64,000 bases of DNA, taken from contig CAWHXD010000019.1 in the NCBI GenBank assembly GCA_963833225.1, positions 384,001 to 448,000 of the forward strand. The letters run 5' to 3'. Made by a program: the position numbers and the translations under genes. The notes under the pieces are model-generated. The model saw only the letters and a list, made by a program, of their open reading frames with translations. It had not been told where the DNA came from and did not search any database. Below, piece after piece: positions 19,455 through 30,156 of this stretch. The stretch is from an uncultured Chloroflexia bacterium (lineage in GTDB: Bacteria; Chloroflexota; Limnocylindria; Limnocylindrales; CSP1-4). The number at the start of each line of letters is the position of its first letter. Positions within the stretch are counted from its first letter, which is position 1.

Positions 19455-20563
19455 CTAGAAGTCGAACTGGTCGACGTTCGTCGCGTCGAACCGGAAAGCC
19501 GGCCCGAGGATGACGACGCTGTCCGCACCGATCGTGTACGGCTGGCCGTTGTTGAGACTCGGCACGGTGAAGGTCTCGCCCTCAGCGCCCGTGATCTCGC
19601 CCTTGACCAGCTTGTCGGCGATGACGTAGGAGAGGTAGCCGAGGTCCGGGAACACTCCACAGGCCGAAGACCGGGGAGGTGCCGTCCTTGACGAACGGCC
19701 TTCATGTCGTTGGGGAAGCCGAGGCCGGTGACCTTGACGGAGTCCGACTTGCCGGCCTGCGAGACGACCTGTGCCGCCGCGAGGATGCCGACCGTGGTCG
19801 GGGCGACGATGACCTTGAGGTTCGGGTACTTGGTCAGCAGAGTCTGCGCCTGCTGGGTGCTCTTGGTCGCGTCGTCATCGCCGTAGACGGTGTCGACGAG
19901 CTTGAGCCCCGCGTACTTGGTCGTCCTTGAGGGTCGTCTTCATGAGGTCGATCCAGGCGTTCTGGTTGGTGGCCGTGGCGGCCGCCGACAGGATCGCGAT
20001 CTCGCCGGTGCAATTCGGCGCGAGCTCGCACGCCCAGTCGGCGAGGTTGACGCCGACGCCGCTGAAGTCAACCTGGTTGACGAACACGTTGTAGGCGCCG
20101 ACCGCGGGGCTGGAGTCAAAGCCGACAACCTTGATGCCCGCTGCCATGGCCTCCTTGAGCGCCGGGGCGACCTCGTCCTTGCCGTCAGCGGAGATGATGA
20201 TCGCGCTGACGTTCTGGGTGGTGAGGTCCGTGATGAACGGGATCTGGAGGTCGGCCTTCGCCTCGTTGGGCCCGACCTGGATGACGGTCCCGCCGAGCTC
20301 GCCGGCAGCCTTGTCGACGCCCGTCTTCGCGGCGGCGAAGTACTGGTTGACGATGTCCTTGGGCAGGTAGCCGACGGTCATGGACCGGGCGCCATGGACG
20401 CGGGCGCCATGGACCGGGCGCCATGGACTCGGGCGCCATGGACTCGGGCGCCTGGGCTGGCGGGGGCGGCGGACGGGCTGGCGGCGCCGTTGCCGCAGGC
20501 CGACAGCACGATGACGGCCGTGCCTGCGATGGCGAGCCACCGTCCGGCTGAATGGAGCTTCAA
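19455..20563 (-). CDS. rhaS: Rhamnose ABC transporter substrate-binding lipoprotein; several frameshifts
   Basis: TTG start with AGGAGG RBS; lipobox VLSAC; LPKDIVNQYF, SAAATATNQNAWI, YGDDD, PTTVG, LGPAFRFDATNVDQFDF. Split over several frames. Confidence 0.85.
20378..20452 (-). repeat. Five tandem ~15-bp units (GGCGCCCGAGTCCAT) encoding an SMAPE/A linker
   Basis: Read directly from sequence; two units are 14 bp and break the frame. Confidence 0.85.
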
Positions 20564-20601
20564 GGGAGTTCCTCCTCTATGTCGATTACTGGCGCGCGTT
20601 C

Positions 20602-21638
20602 TCACCCGGGAATCGCGTCGGCCGGCTGGTGCCGGCGCCTCTGGACGCGTTCATGGCCGTTCTGGCCTTGGTGAGCGAAGGTTGGGATGAGGACGGACAG
20701 GATCAGCAGCAACCCCAGGGCGATGCTCTGGACCTCGACCGACACGCTGGCGAGCCGGAGGGCGTTCTGCATCACGGCGATCGTGAGCACGGCCAGGACC
20801 GTGCCCGGGATCGTGCCCGAACCTCCGAAGATATTGGCGCCGCCCGAGCAGCACGACCGTCGACGGCCGTGATCGTCATCCCCTCGCCGGCATCGGCGCG
20901 GGCGCTCGAGAGACGGGATGTCAGCACGACGCCCGCGAAGGCGGCGATGGTGCCCGTGAGGACGAACAGGCTGGTGCGGAGACGGGTCACCCGGACGCCC
21001 GAGTAGCGAGCCGTCCCCGCGTTCCGGCCAATGGCGTAGATCTGGCGCCCGATCCACGTCCGGTGGAGCACGATGCCGAGCGCCAGCGCGAGGCCGAGGA
21101 AGATGACGAACGACCATGGGATCACCGTGCCGGGAACGTCGCCGAACCCGAGCTGGGTGAAGGCCTCCGGGAAGTTGCTGACACCGCGCGGCCCAAGGAC
21201 GATGAGCGCCATCCCGCGGAACAGGGCCAGCGTGCCGAGCGTGACCACGAGCGACGGCAGGCCGCCGCGGCCGACGAGGACGCCGTTGAGGAAGCCGCCG
21301 GCGGCGCCGATGAGCGAGCACGAGCGGGATGGCGATCTCGAGGGGCACGCCGGCCGCCCACAGGAAGCCAAGGGTTGCGCTGGCGAGCCCGGCCATCGAC
21401 TCCACCGACAGGTCGATCTCGCCGAGGATGATGACCAGGGTCAGCGGCAGGGCCATGATCGCCACCTCCATGAGGGCGGCGACCAGGTTCGAGAAGTTCT
21501 TGGCGGTCAGGAAGTACGGGGAGAGGGCGTTGCCCATCACACCAGCCCCAGCAGGGCGACCAGGAGCAGCGTCTCCCATCGGGCCAGCCCCCGAAGCACG
21601 GAGCCGATCACCGGCCGGGACCGCGCCGGCGCCGTCAT
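20602..21638 (-). CDS. rhaQ: Rhamnose ABC transporter permease; frameshifted
   Basis: WETLLL, IILGEIDLSV, PSLVVTLGTLALFRG, GRQIYAIG, GGANIFGGSG across frames. Confidence 0.85.
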
Positions 21639-22654
21639 CGGGCGCCACTCCGGGTGTTCGCGCGCTGGACGCCACGACGGATGAGCTGGTCGCTGCTGAT
21701 CGCCAGCAGGATGACAACGCCGTAGATCGCCTGGAGCCAGAACTGCGACAGGCCGACGAGGATCAGCGCATTCGCGATGAACCCGAGGAACAGGGCGCCG
21801 ATCGCCGCGCCGGCGAGCGTGCCCGAGCCGCCGAGGATGTTCACCCCGCCGACCACGACCGCGGCGATGACCGCGAGGACCACGCCCGTTGCCGCTGTGC
21901 CGTTGATGGTGCCGAACTCGATCACCCACATCACGCCCGCCAGGCCCGCGAGGATGCCGCACACGGCATAGGCGACGAAGATGACCCGGCGGGACGGGAT
22001 GCCCAGGATCGCGGCCGCATCAGGGTTGCTGCCGACGGCGTAGACCTGGCGGCCGAAGCGGGTCGAGCGCAGGAGCACGGAGCCCACGACGACCACCCCG
22101 ATCGTGACGCAGGACGAACACGGGGATGCCGAGGAAGTCGGTGCGGGCGATGTGGGCGAACCCCTCGGGAAGGCAGGCGAGCGGGACCTGGTCGGGACCG
22201 GCGATCACGTAGTCGATCCCGCGGAAGATGCTGAGCGTTCCCAGGGTGGCCACGATCGCGCGGCACCTTGAGCATCGCGATGATGAACCCGTTGACCATC
22301 CCGAGCACAAGGCCGATGGCGAGCCCCAGCACGAGCGCACCGAGCCGGGTCGACGGTCTCCAGCTCGAGCGAGCGGGCGACGGCGTAGGCAACCAGCCCG
22401 ATGATCGCCTCGACCGACAGGTCGATGCCCCGGGTGATGATGACGAGCGCCTCGCCGACAGCGGCGATCGCCGTGATCGACGCGAGGACCGCGACCTGGC
22501 TGAAGTTGTCGACGGACAGGAACTGCGGGGCCATGGTCGTGACCAGGCCGCCGAGCACGAACATGAGCGCGACCAGGGTCAGCTCGCGCTGGCGTCCGAT
22601 CACCAGCAGCCAGTGGCCGCGGCCCCGCCGCACCGGGAGCGTCGCTTCAGCCAT
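21635..22654 (-). CDS. rhaP: Rhamnose ABC transporter permease; frameshifted
   Basis: VIITRGIDLSV, IVATLGTLSIFRG, GRQVYAVGSNPDAA, VVGGVNILGGSG across frames. Confidence 0.85.
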
Positions 22655-24144
22655 GGGATCGCCTGGGTGCCGGTGGCCGCGAACATCACGCGCTCCTGGG
22701 TGGCCTCATCCCTCGAGATCTCGGCCGTGACCCGGCCCTCGTGGAGGACGATGATCCGGTCGGACATCGCCAGCACCTCGGGCAGATCGCTCGAGATCAG
22801 GATGATCGCCAGGCCCTTCGCGGCCAGCTCGGCGATCAACCGGTGCACCTCGACCTTGGCTCCGATGTCGATGCCCCGCGTCGGCTCGTCGAGGATCAGG
22901 ACCCGCGGGCCGGACGCCAGCCACTTGGCCAGCACGACCTTCTGCTGGTTGCCGCCCGACAGGGCGCCCACCTGTTGGTCGACGCCGGTCATCCGTACGT
23001 CGAACTGCTCGGTGTGCTCGGCTGCCACGGCTCGCTCCTTCGCCTCGTGCACCAGGAGCCTGGGGAACAGGCGGGGCAGGATGGGCAGCGTGACGTTGTG
23101 GGCAATGGAGAAGTCGAGGATCAGGCCCTGCTGGTGGCGGTCCTCGGGCAGATAGGCGATGCCCGCGCTCATCGCCCCGGACGGCGCGCCGAAGTCCACG
23201 GGTGTTCCGTCCAGCCGCACGTCTCCGCTGTCCCGCCGGTCGATCCCGAACAGCACCCGAGCGATCTCGGACCGGCCGGCCCCGACGAGGCCCGCGAGCC
23301 CGACGATCTCCCCGGCCCGCACCGAGAACGAGACATCGCGGAACACACCGACCCGCGTCAGGTTGGAGACCTCGAGCAGCACATCGCCGATCGGGTTCTC
23401 GACCTTTGGAAACAGGGACACGGTCCGGCCGACCATGTGGCGGATGAGGTCGGCGGTCGTGAGCTCCGATGTCGGCGCGGTGACGACATGACGGCCATCA
23501 CGGAAGACCGTCGCCCGGTCACTCAGGTCGAACACCTCGTCCAGGCGGTGGCTCACGAACAGGATGGCCACGCCCCGGTCCCGCAGCCGGCGGACGATGG
23601 TGAACAGCCGCTCGACTTCGTGGGCCGAGAGCGAGGCCGTGGGTTCATCAAGGATGAGCACGTTGGCCTCGACCGACAGGGCCTTGGCGATCTCGATCAG
23701 CTGCTGGTCGGCCATCGACAGGCCACGAACCGGTGCGCCGACGTTGACCTGCACGTCCAGCTCTTCAAACAGCGTCTCCGCCGACCGCCGCATGCCGCGC
23801 CAGTCGATCAACCCGAGGTGGCCAGACGGCGCGTGACCGATGAACACGTTCTCGGCGACCGTGAGGTCCGGGAACAGGCGTGGCTCCTGGTGGACGACCG
23901 CGATCCCCAGCGCGCGCGACCGGGATGGCCCGGCGATCTGGGTTGGCACGCCGTCCAGCAGGATCGTGCCGCTGTCCGGCTGGTGGACCCCGGCCAGGAT
24001 CTTGACAAGGGTGCTCTTGCCGGCACCGTTCTCGCCGACGAGCGCGTGCACCTCGCCCGCCAGGATGTCGAGCGAGACATCGCTCAGCGCCGCGGTCGCC
24101 CCAAAGCGCTTGGAGATCCCGGACAGGGCGACGCGCGGCGTCAT
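22600..24144 (-). CDS. rhaT: Sugar ABC transporter ATP-binding protein (two NBDs)
   Basis: GENGAGKST, ILDEPTASL, LSGGNQQKV, LDEPTRGIDIGAK. The true stop is probably near 22647. Confidence 0.93.
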   Translation of the reverse strand: MTPRVALSGISKRFGATAALSDVSLDILAGEVHALVGENGAGKSTLVKILAGVHQPDSGTILLDGVPTQIAGPSRSRALGIAVVHQEPRLFPDLTVAENVFIGHAPSGHLGLIDWRGMRRSAETLFEELDVQVNVGAPVRGLSMADQQLIEIAKALSVEANVLILDEPTASLSAHEVERLFTIVRRLRDRGVAILFVSHRLDEVFDLSDRATVFRDGRHVVTAPTSELTTADLIRHMVGRTVSLFPKVENPIGDVLLEVSNLTRVGVFRDVSFSVRAGEIVGLAGLVGAGRSEIARVLFGIDRRDSGDVRLDGTPVDFGAPSGAMSAGIAYLPEDRHQQGLILDFSIAHNVTLPILPRLFPRLLVHEAKERAVAAEHTEQFDVRMTGVDQQVGALSGGNQQKVVLAKWLASGPRVLILDEPTRGIDIGAKVEVHRLIAELAAKGLAIILISSDLPEVLAMSDRIIVLHEGRVTAEISRDEATQERVMFAATGTQAIPWLKRRSRCGGAAATGCW

Positions 24145-24959
24145 CCGGCGGCCCCGGCGTCGACGCGCATGACGGTCACGCCAAGCCTCTCGAGGGCGGT
24201 GACCATGTCGGCGGGCGCCTGCTGGTCCGTGATGATGCCGGTCAGCCGGTCCGCGCGGCAGAACGTCGCCGACGCCGTGCGCCCGAACTTGGTGTGGTCC
24301 ACGACCGCATAGACCTCGCGCGCCGCCGCGACCATCGAGCGCTTGATCTGGGCCTCCTCCTCCATCGCGTCGGTGAGGCCGGCCTCCATCGTGAGGCCCA
24401 CGGCCCCCACGAATGCCTTCTGGACGTTGACCCGGCGGAAGACGCCATCGCCCAGCGGCCCAACGACCGAGAGCGCCTCGGAGCGGACGCGGCCGCCCAG
24501 CATCAGGACCGTGATCCCGGGGTGGCCCGCGAGCTCCAGCGCGATCCGGATGCTGTTGGTCACCACCGTGAGCTGATGCCAGGTCGTGCGCTCCTTGAGG
24601 TGGCGGGCGACGTAGAGCGCCGTGGTGCTCGCGTCGAACACGATGCTCTCGCCGTCCGCGATGAGGGCGGCGGCGGCCGAGCCGATCTGCCACTTCTCGT
24701 CGCGCTGGCGTCGTTCGCGGACCTCGAACGCGGGCTCCGGACGGTCGGAGGCACGGGGGGCGATCGCGCCACCGTGGGTCCGCATGACGCGCGCCTCGCC
24801 CTCGAGCACGAGGAGGTCCTTGCGGATCGTGACCGGCGACACGCCGAACTGGACGGCCAGCTCCGCGACCCGCACACGGCCGGCGTTGGCGACCATCTCC
24901 GCGATCTGCTCCTGGCGCTCCGGGGCGAACACGGCCTCGGGCGTGGTACCGGGCTTCAC
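24141..24959 (-). CDS. DeoR/GlpR-family regulator of the rhamnose operon
   Basis: ERQEQI..VSPVTIRKDL..RTHGGA, DASTT, VTNS, VDHTKFG. Start approximate. Confidence 0.9.
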   Translation of the reverse strand: MKPGTTPEAVFAPERQEQIAEMVANAGRVRVAELAVQFGVSPVTIRKDLLVLEGEARVMRTHGGAIAPRASDRPEPAFEVRERRQRDEKWQIGSAAAALIADGESIVFDASTTALYVARHLKERTTWHQLTVVTNSIRIALELAGHPGITVLMLGGRVRSEALSVVGPLGDGVFRRVNVQKAFVGAVGLTMEAGLTDAMEEEAQIKRSMVAAAREVYAVVDHTKFGRTASATFCRADRLTGIITDQQAPADMVTALERLGVTVMRVDAGAAG

Positions 24960-25178
24960 AGCCACAAGGTTCGACTCCAAGCGAAACGGGGAAGGTCGAT
25001 TTCGAAACTTCGGTTGGTTGCGAATAGGAGCACTTTGCGACGGCGAGCGGGCTCTGTCAAGCGCAATCGCGCCAGAGATGCCTGGCCTGGGTTGAGTTGG
25101 CGCCGTCGGTCGCGTACGATGCGGTATCACAACCAATCGGAATGAGTCGTAACTACTCGGAGAGCAGGCGAACCGCAG

Positions 25179-26405
25179 ATGCAGACGGCTCGCAGCATGG
25201 AGGACCCGGTGCACGCGGGACTGCCCATCGTCAACACCCACGTGCACCTGGCGCCCAACTTCTCGGCGTTCGAGACGCCCGAGGACGCTGTCGCGGCGGC
25301 GCAGGCAGAGGGCGTCCGGGTATTCGGCGCGTCGAACTTCCACGACCACCGGGTCTATGCGCGCTTCGCGCAGGCGGCCGAGGGAGCCGGAATCCTGCCG
25401 CTGTTCGGGGTCGAGTTCATCACGGTGGTCGAGGACCTGCGCGCCGCGGACATCCGGGTGAACGACCCCGCGAACCCAGGGCGCATGTACCTCTGCGGCA
25501 AGGGCGTCGACCCGTTCCGGGACCCCGGGCCGGAGGCCGGCCGGATCGCGGACGCGGCTCGCGTCGCGAACGAGTCGCGCGCGCGAGCGATGGCACGCCT
25601 CCTGCGCGATCACTTCGCGGCGGCCGGGCTGGCCACGTCGCTCGACGATCGGGCGATCGTCGCGGACATCGCGGAACGGGCCCGCGTCCCCGAGGCCTGG
25701 GTGGTGCTCCAGGAGCGCCATCTCGCCATGGCGTTCCAGGAGGCCCTGTTCCTGCAGGTCCCTCCGGCCCGTCGGGCCGACCTGCTGGCCCGCGCGTACG
25801 GCCGGGTGCCCGCTGCCCCCGTCGAGGACAATGTCGCGGTGCAGGGTGAGATCCGGTCCCGGTTGCTGAAGGCTGGCTGCCCGGCATTCGTGCCCGAGAC
25901 GGCGCTCGGATTCGATGACGCCGTGCGACTGGTCCTGGCCCTCGACGGCATCCCCGCCTACCCGACGCTCGCCGACGGCGCGCAACCGGTCTGCCCGTTC
26001 GAGGCGTCACCGGACGAGCTGGCGACCGAGCTGAAGGCGCGCGGCCTGCACCTGGCCGAGCTCATCCCCGGGCGCAACGAGCCAGGGACCGTCGACGCCT
26101 ACGTGACGGCCTTTCGCGCCGCCGGGATCGCGGTCACCGCGGGAACCGAGCACAACACCCCGGAGCGAATCCCGTTCGCGCCGGCCGGCAAGGGCGGGCG
26201 GCCCCTGTCGCCGGTGGCCCGATCCGCGTTCTTCGAGGGCGCGTGCGTGGTCGTGGCCCATCAGCAGCGGCGCCAAACGGGGCTCGGCGGGTTCGTCGGC
26301 GCCGACGGCATCCCGGCGCCCGGTTTCGCGGACGACGACGCGCGCATCCGCTGGTTCGCGGCACTCGGTGCCCAGGTGATCGCGGGCGAAGGGGGCGTCG
26401 CATGA
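25179..26405 (+). CDS. PHP-domain-like metallophosphoesterase
   Basis: VNTHVHL, SNFHD, FGVE, TAGTEHN; divergent from the DeoR gene and overlapping the next ATG. Confidence 0.7.
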   Translation: MQTARSMEDPVHAGLPIVNTHVHLAPNFSAFETPEDAVAAAQAEGVRVFGASNFHDHRVYARFAQAAEGAGILPLFGVEFITVVEDLRAADIRVNDPANPGRMYLCGKGVDPFRDPGPEAGRIADAARVANESRARAMARLLRDHFAAAGLATSLDDRAIVADIAERARVPEAWVVLQERHLAMAFQEALFLQVPPARRADLLARAYGRVPAAPVEDNVAVQGEIRSRLLKAGCPAFVPETALGFDDAVRLVLALDGIPAYPTLADGAQPVCPFEASPDELATELKARGLHLAELIPGRNEPGTVDAYVTAFRAAGIAVTAGTEHNTPERIPFAPAGKGGRPLSPVARSAFFEGACVVVAHQQRRQTGLGGFVGADGIPAPGFADDDARIRWFAALGAQVIAGEGGVA

Positions 26406-28438
26406 CCACCACGATCGACCCGCCGGCGGCCGACGACCCCGTCATCGGGGAGTTGATCGCGCTCGCCCACCGGTTCGGGCTGGACCCGGAGTTCTCGCGC
26501 GGCGGTGGCGGGAACGCCTCGGCAAAGGCGGATGGCGTGCTGTGGATCAAGCCAAGCGGGGTTCCGCTCGCCACGCTCGAGACGGCCGATCTCGTGCCGC
26601 TCGATCGTGCGAGCCTGCTCGCGACGCTGGACGCCCCGGTGGCGCCGCGGGCCGACGTCGGCGATCCGGTGATGCGCGCGGCCGAGCAGGCCCGACTGGG
26701 CCCCGCCGGCGGGCGCCGGCCCTCGGTGGAGCTCCTGTTCCACGCGCTGATGCCCGAGCGGTTCGTCCTGCATACCCACCCGATCGTGATCAACGCGGTC
26801 ACCTGCAACGAGGATGGCGAGGCGATCGCCCGCCGCCTGTTCGGCGACGACGTCCTGTGGGTGCCGTACAGGGATCCGGGGCTGCCGCTGGCGCACGCCA
26901 TCCGGGACGCCCGGGACGCCCACGTCCTGCGGACCGGCGGGCCTGTCCCCCGGATCACGCTGATGCAGAATCACGGGCTGATCGTCGCGGCCGACTCAGT
27001 TGCGGACATCGACGCGGCATCGCGGCGGCTGGTCGAGGTCATCGCGGGTGCCGTCGATCACGCCATCGAGAGGACGGCCGCCCCCGCCTTCACGCCGCCA
27101 CTGCCGGCACCCGCCGACGCGCTGGTCCAGGCGCTTGCGCCAACGCTGCGGGCCCTGCTGTCGCCGGCCTCGCGGCGGGTCGTGATCTTCGACGGGATCC
27201 CGTCCGCCGCGGCGTTCACCGCGACGGCGGCCGGGCGTGCGTTCGTGCAGGGTGGCCCGCTCACGCCCGACCAGATCGTGTACGCCGGGGCCCAGCCGCT
27301 GTTGCTCGACCTCGACGACGTGCCGCCGGACTCGGCGGCGGACATCGGGGCCGGCGCCCTTGCGCGCCATGCGGCGGACGGGCTCGACGCCCCGCTCGTC
27401 GTGGTGGTGCCCGGCGTCGGGCTGTTCGCGGTCGGTGACACCTGGGCCGCCGCGGACACCGCGCGCCACATCTACCTCGATGCCCTGCGGGTGGGCGAGG
27501 CCGCCAACCGGATCGGGCGAGTGCGCCACCTGGCACCGGCGGAACGCCAGTTCATCGAGGACTGGGAGGCCGAGGCATACCGCAAGCAGGTCGCCGCCGG
27601 CGACGCGGGCCCAGGTCGCGCGGCCGGCCGGATCGCCCTCGTCACCGGGGCCGCGCAGGGCTTTGGCCTCGCGATCGCCGAGGATCTCGTCGCCAACGGC
27701 GCCCACGTCGTCCTCGCCGATCTCAACGTCCCGCTCGCGGAGGCCAACGCGGCGGCCCTCGTGGACCGCTTCGGCCCCGGGCGGGCGATGGCGATCGCGA
27801 TGGACGTCACCGACGAGGCGAGCGTCGCCGCCGGCATCGCGGCCACGGTGCGAGCGTATGGCGGCCTTGACCTCCTCGTGTCCAACGCGGGCGTGCTGCG
27901 GGCCAGCGGGGTCACGGCCCAGCCGCTGGCCGACTTTGACCTCGTGACCCGGGTCAACTACCGCGGCTACTTCCTCGCGGTCAAGCACGCCGCCCCGGTC
28001 ATGGCCGCGCAGCACCGCGCCAACCCCGACTGGTGGGGCGACATCATCGAGATCAACTCCAAGTCCGGCCTCGTGGGCTCGTCGCGCAACAGCGCCTACG
28101 CGGGCTCCAAGTTCGGCGGCATCGGTCTCACCCAGTCGTTCGCCCTCGAGCTGGTCAGCGACGGGATCAAGGTCAACGCCATCTGCCCTGGCAACTTCCT
28201 CGATGGACCGCTGTGGTCGGACCCGGACAACGGCCTGTTCGTGCAGTACCTGCGCGAGGGCAAGGTGCCGGGCGCGACGACGATCGACGACGTGCGCCGC
28301 GCCTACGAGGCCAAGGTCCCGATGGGCCGCGGCTGTACCCCGGCCGACGTGATGGAGGCCCTCTACTATCTCGTGGCCCAGGAATACGAGACGGGCCAGG
28401 CGCTGCCGGTGACCGGTGGCCAGGTGATGCTGAGCTGA
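26402..28438 (+). CDS. Fusion of class II aldolase-like domain and sorbitol-6-phosphate 2-dehydrogenase (SrlD/SorD)-like SDR
   Basis: N-domain GGGNAS, IKPSG, RPSVE, HTHP, NHGL; C-domain TGAAQGFG, INSKSG..GS..NSAYAGSKFGGIGLTQS, KVPMGRGC, GQALPVTGGQVM. Confidence 0.85.
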   Translation: MTTTIDPPAADDPVIGELIALAHRFGLDPEFSRGGGGNASAKADGVLWIKPSGVPLATLETADLVPLDRASLLATLDAPVAPRADVGDPVMRAAEQARLGPAGGRRPSVELLFHALMPERFVLHTHPIVINAVTCNEDGEAIARRLFGDDVLWVPYRDPGLPLAHAIRDARDAHVLRTGGPVPRITLMQNHGLIVAADSVADIDAASRRLVEVIAGAVDHAIERTAAPAFTPPLPAPADALVQALAPTLRALLSPASRRVVIFDGIPSAAAFTATAAGRAFVQGGPLTPDQIVYAGAQPLLLDLDDVPPDSAADIGAGALARHAADGLDAPLVVVVPGVGLFAVGDTWAAADTARHIYLDALRVGEAANRIGRVRHLAPAERQFIEDWEAEAYRKQVAAGDAGPGRAAGRIALVTGAAQGFGLAIAEDLVANGAHVVLADLNVPLAEANAAALVDRFGPGRAMAIAMDVTDEASVAAGIAATVRAYGGLDLLVSNAGVLRASGVTAQPLADFDLVTRVNYRGYFLAVKHAAPVMAAQHRANPDWWGDIIEINSKSGLVGSSRNSAYAGSKFGGIGLTQSFALELVSDGIKVNAICPGNFLDGPLWSDPDNGLFVQYLREGKVPGATTIDDVRRAYEAKVPMGRGCTPADVMEALYYLVAQEYETGQALPVTGGQVMLS

Positions 28439-28461
28439 CCGTGACCCACAGGAGCGCCCAC

Positions 28462-30156
28462 GTGACCGATCTCCCTCTCACCGAGCACGCCATCCAGTTC
28501 ACCGGCCCGGGCGAGGTGGTGCACAACGTGGCCAAGCCCGTGCACCGTCCAGGTCCCCACCAGCTCGTGGTGCAGGTGGAGGCGGTCGGCATCTGCTTCT
28601 CCGACACGAAGCTGCTCAAGGCGTTCACCGCGCACCCGCGCAAGAGCGAGGTCCTGAACGGCCTGGCGCCAGAGATCCTGGCCCAGATCCCGAGCTACAC
28701 GCCCGGCGACCTCCCGCTTGTTCCAGGCCACGAGTGTGCCGGGCGGATCGTCGCGATCGGGGATGCGGTGACGTACCACCGGGTGGGGGAGCGGGTCCTG
28801 GTCCAGACCGACTACCGGCACCTGCCCACGGCCGGCGCGAACGCCGCGTTTGGCTACAACTTCGAGGGCGGGCTCCAGGAGTACGCGCTCCTCGACGAGC
28901 GGATGATCCTCGACCCGGACACTGGCGAGCGGTTCCTCATCCCGGTCGGAGATGATCCCTCCGGATCGGCCGTCGCCCTGCTCGAGCCCTGGGCCTGCGT
29001 GGAGCGGTCCTACGCCTCGGAGGAGCGCGGCACCCTCACCCCGGGCGGTCGCCTGCTGGTCGTGGCCGAGCCGGGCCGGGTGATCCGGGGCCTGGACACC
29101 CTCGTGGCGGCTTCGCGACCGGGCACGGTGTCCGCCATCCTCGCGGATACCGGACAGGCGGGCGCGCTGGAGGCCGCGCTTGGTGGCGAGCTCCGCGTCC
29201 GCCGGGTCGTCGATCTCGCCGCGCTCGCCGGCGAGCGCTTCGACGACATCATCTGCTTCGGTGCCGATGCCGGCCGGATCGAGACCCTGCAGGACCTGAT
29301 GGCACCCCGGGCCACCATCGACGTCGTCCTGGATGGCGCGGTGCCGGACCGGCCGGTCGCGGTCGACGTTGGGCGCATCCACTACGACCTGCTGCGCTGG
29401 GTGGGCACGACCGGCGACAGCGCCGCCGATGGGTATGCGTGGGTCCCGGCCACGGGCGAGCTGCGAGCGGGCGATCGGGTTGCGATCATCGGCGCGGCGG
29501 GGCCGATGGGCTTCATGCACGTGATCCGCGCCCTGACGATCGGGCAGCCCGACGTGTCGGTCGATGCCATCGACATCGATGACGCCAGGCTCGCCCATCT
29601 CGCCGAGGTCGCCGCGCCGCTGGCCGCGGCCAGCGGGTTGAAGGCCGCGTTCCTCAACAGCCGCACCAGCCCGCCGGCCGCGGGCGGGTACGACTACGTG
29701 GGCGTGATGGTCCCCGCGCCCGCGCTCGTCCTCGAGGCCCTCGCGGCGGCGGCGCCCGGGGCGATCGTCAACCTGTTCGCGGGATTTGCCGTGGGGACGC
29801 TGGCGAGCGTCGATCTCGGGGATCTCCTCGGCCGGAAGATCTTCGTGTTCGGCACCAGCGGGTCCGTGATCCGCGACATGGAGGCGGTTCTTGCCCGCCT
29901 CGAAGCCGGCCGCCTGGACACCAACGTGTCGGTTGACGCCGTGTCCGGGATGGAGGGTGTCCGCGACGCGCTCGCTGCCGTCGAGGCGAGGTCGTCGGGC
30001 GGCAAGATCGTGGTCTACCCCCAGCTCCATGACCTGGGCATGGTCCGGCTGGGCCAGCTTTCGGACCGGCTGCCCCAGGTCGCCGCGAAGCTCCGGGACG
30101 GCCGCTGGACACGCGAGGCCGAGGAGGCGCTGCTCGCCTCGGCGCCCCGGTCATGA
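28462..30156 (+). CDS. Zn-dependent MDR dehydrogenase, L-sorbose-1-phosphate reductase (SorE)-like, with internal insertion
   Basis: GICFSD, GHECAGRIV, EPWACV, IIGAAGPMG, GTSGS..DM; about 560 aa. Confidence 0.75.
   Translation: MTDLPLTEHAIQFTGPGEVVHNVAKPVHRPGPHQLVVQVEAVGICFSDTKLLKAFTAHPRKSEVLNGLAPEILAQIPSYTPGDLPLVPGHECAGRIVAIGDAVTYHRVGERVLVQTDYRHLPTAGANAAFGYNFEGGLQEYALLDERMILDPDTGERFLIPVGDDPSGSAVALLEPWACVERSYASEERGTLTPGGRLLVVAEPGRVIRGLDTLVAASRPGTVSAILADTGQAGALEAALGGELRVRRVVDLAALAGERFDDIICFGADAGRIETLQDLMAPRATIDVVLDGAVPDRPVAVDVGRIHYDLLRWVGTTGDSAADGYAWVPATGELRAGDRVAIIGAAGPMGFMHVIRALTIGQPDVSVDAIDIDDARLAHLAEVAAPLAAASGLKAAFLNSRTSPPAAGGYDYVGVMVPAPALVLEALAAAAPGAIVNLFAGFAVGTLASVDLGDLLGRKIFVFGTSGSVIRDMEAVLARLEAGRLDTNVSVDAVSGMEGVRDALAAVEARSSGGKIVVYPQLHDLGMVRLGQLSDRLPQVAAKLRDGRWTREAEEALLASAPRS

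Noticed and set aside
20378-20452. Possible CRISPR or mobile repeat
   Set aside because: It is a spacerless coding minisatellite inside the SBP gene.
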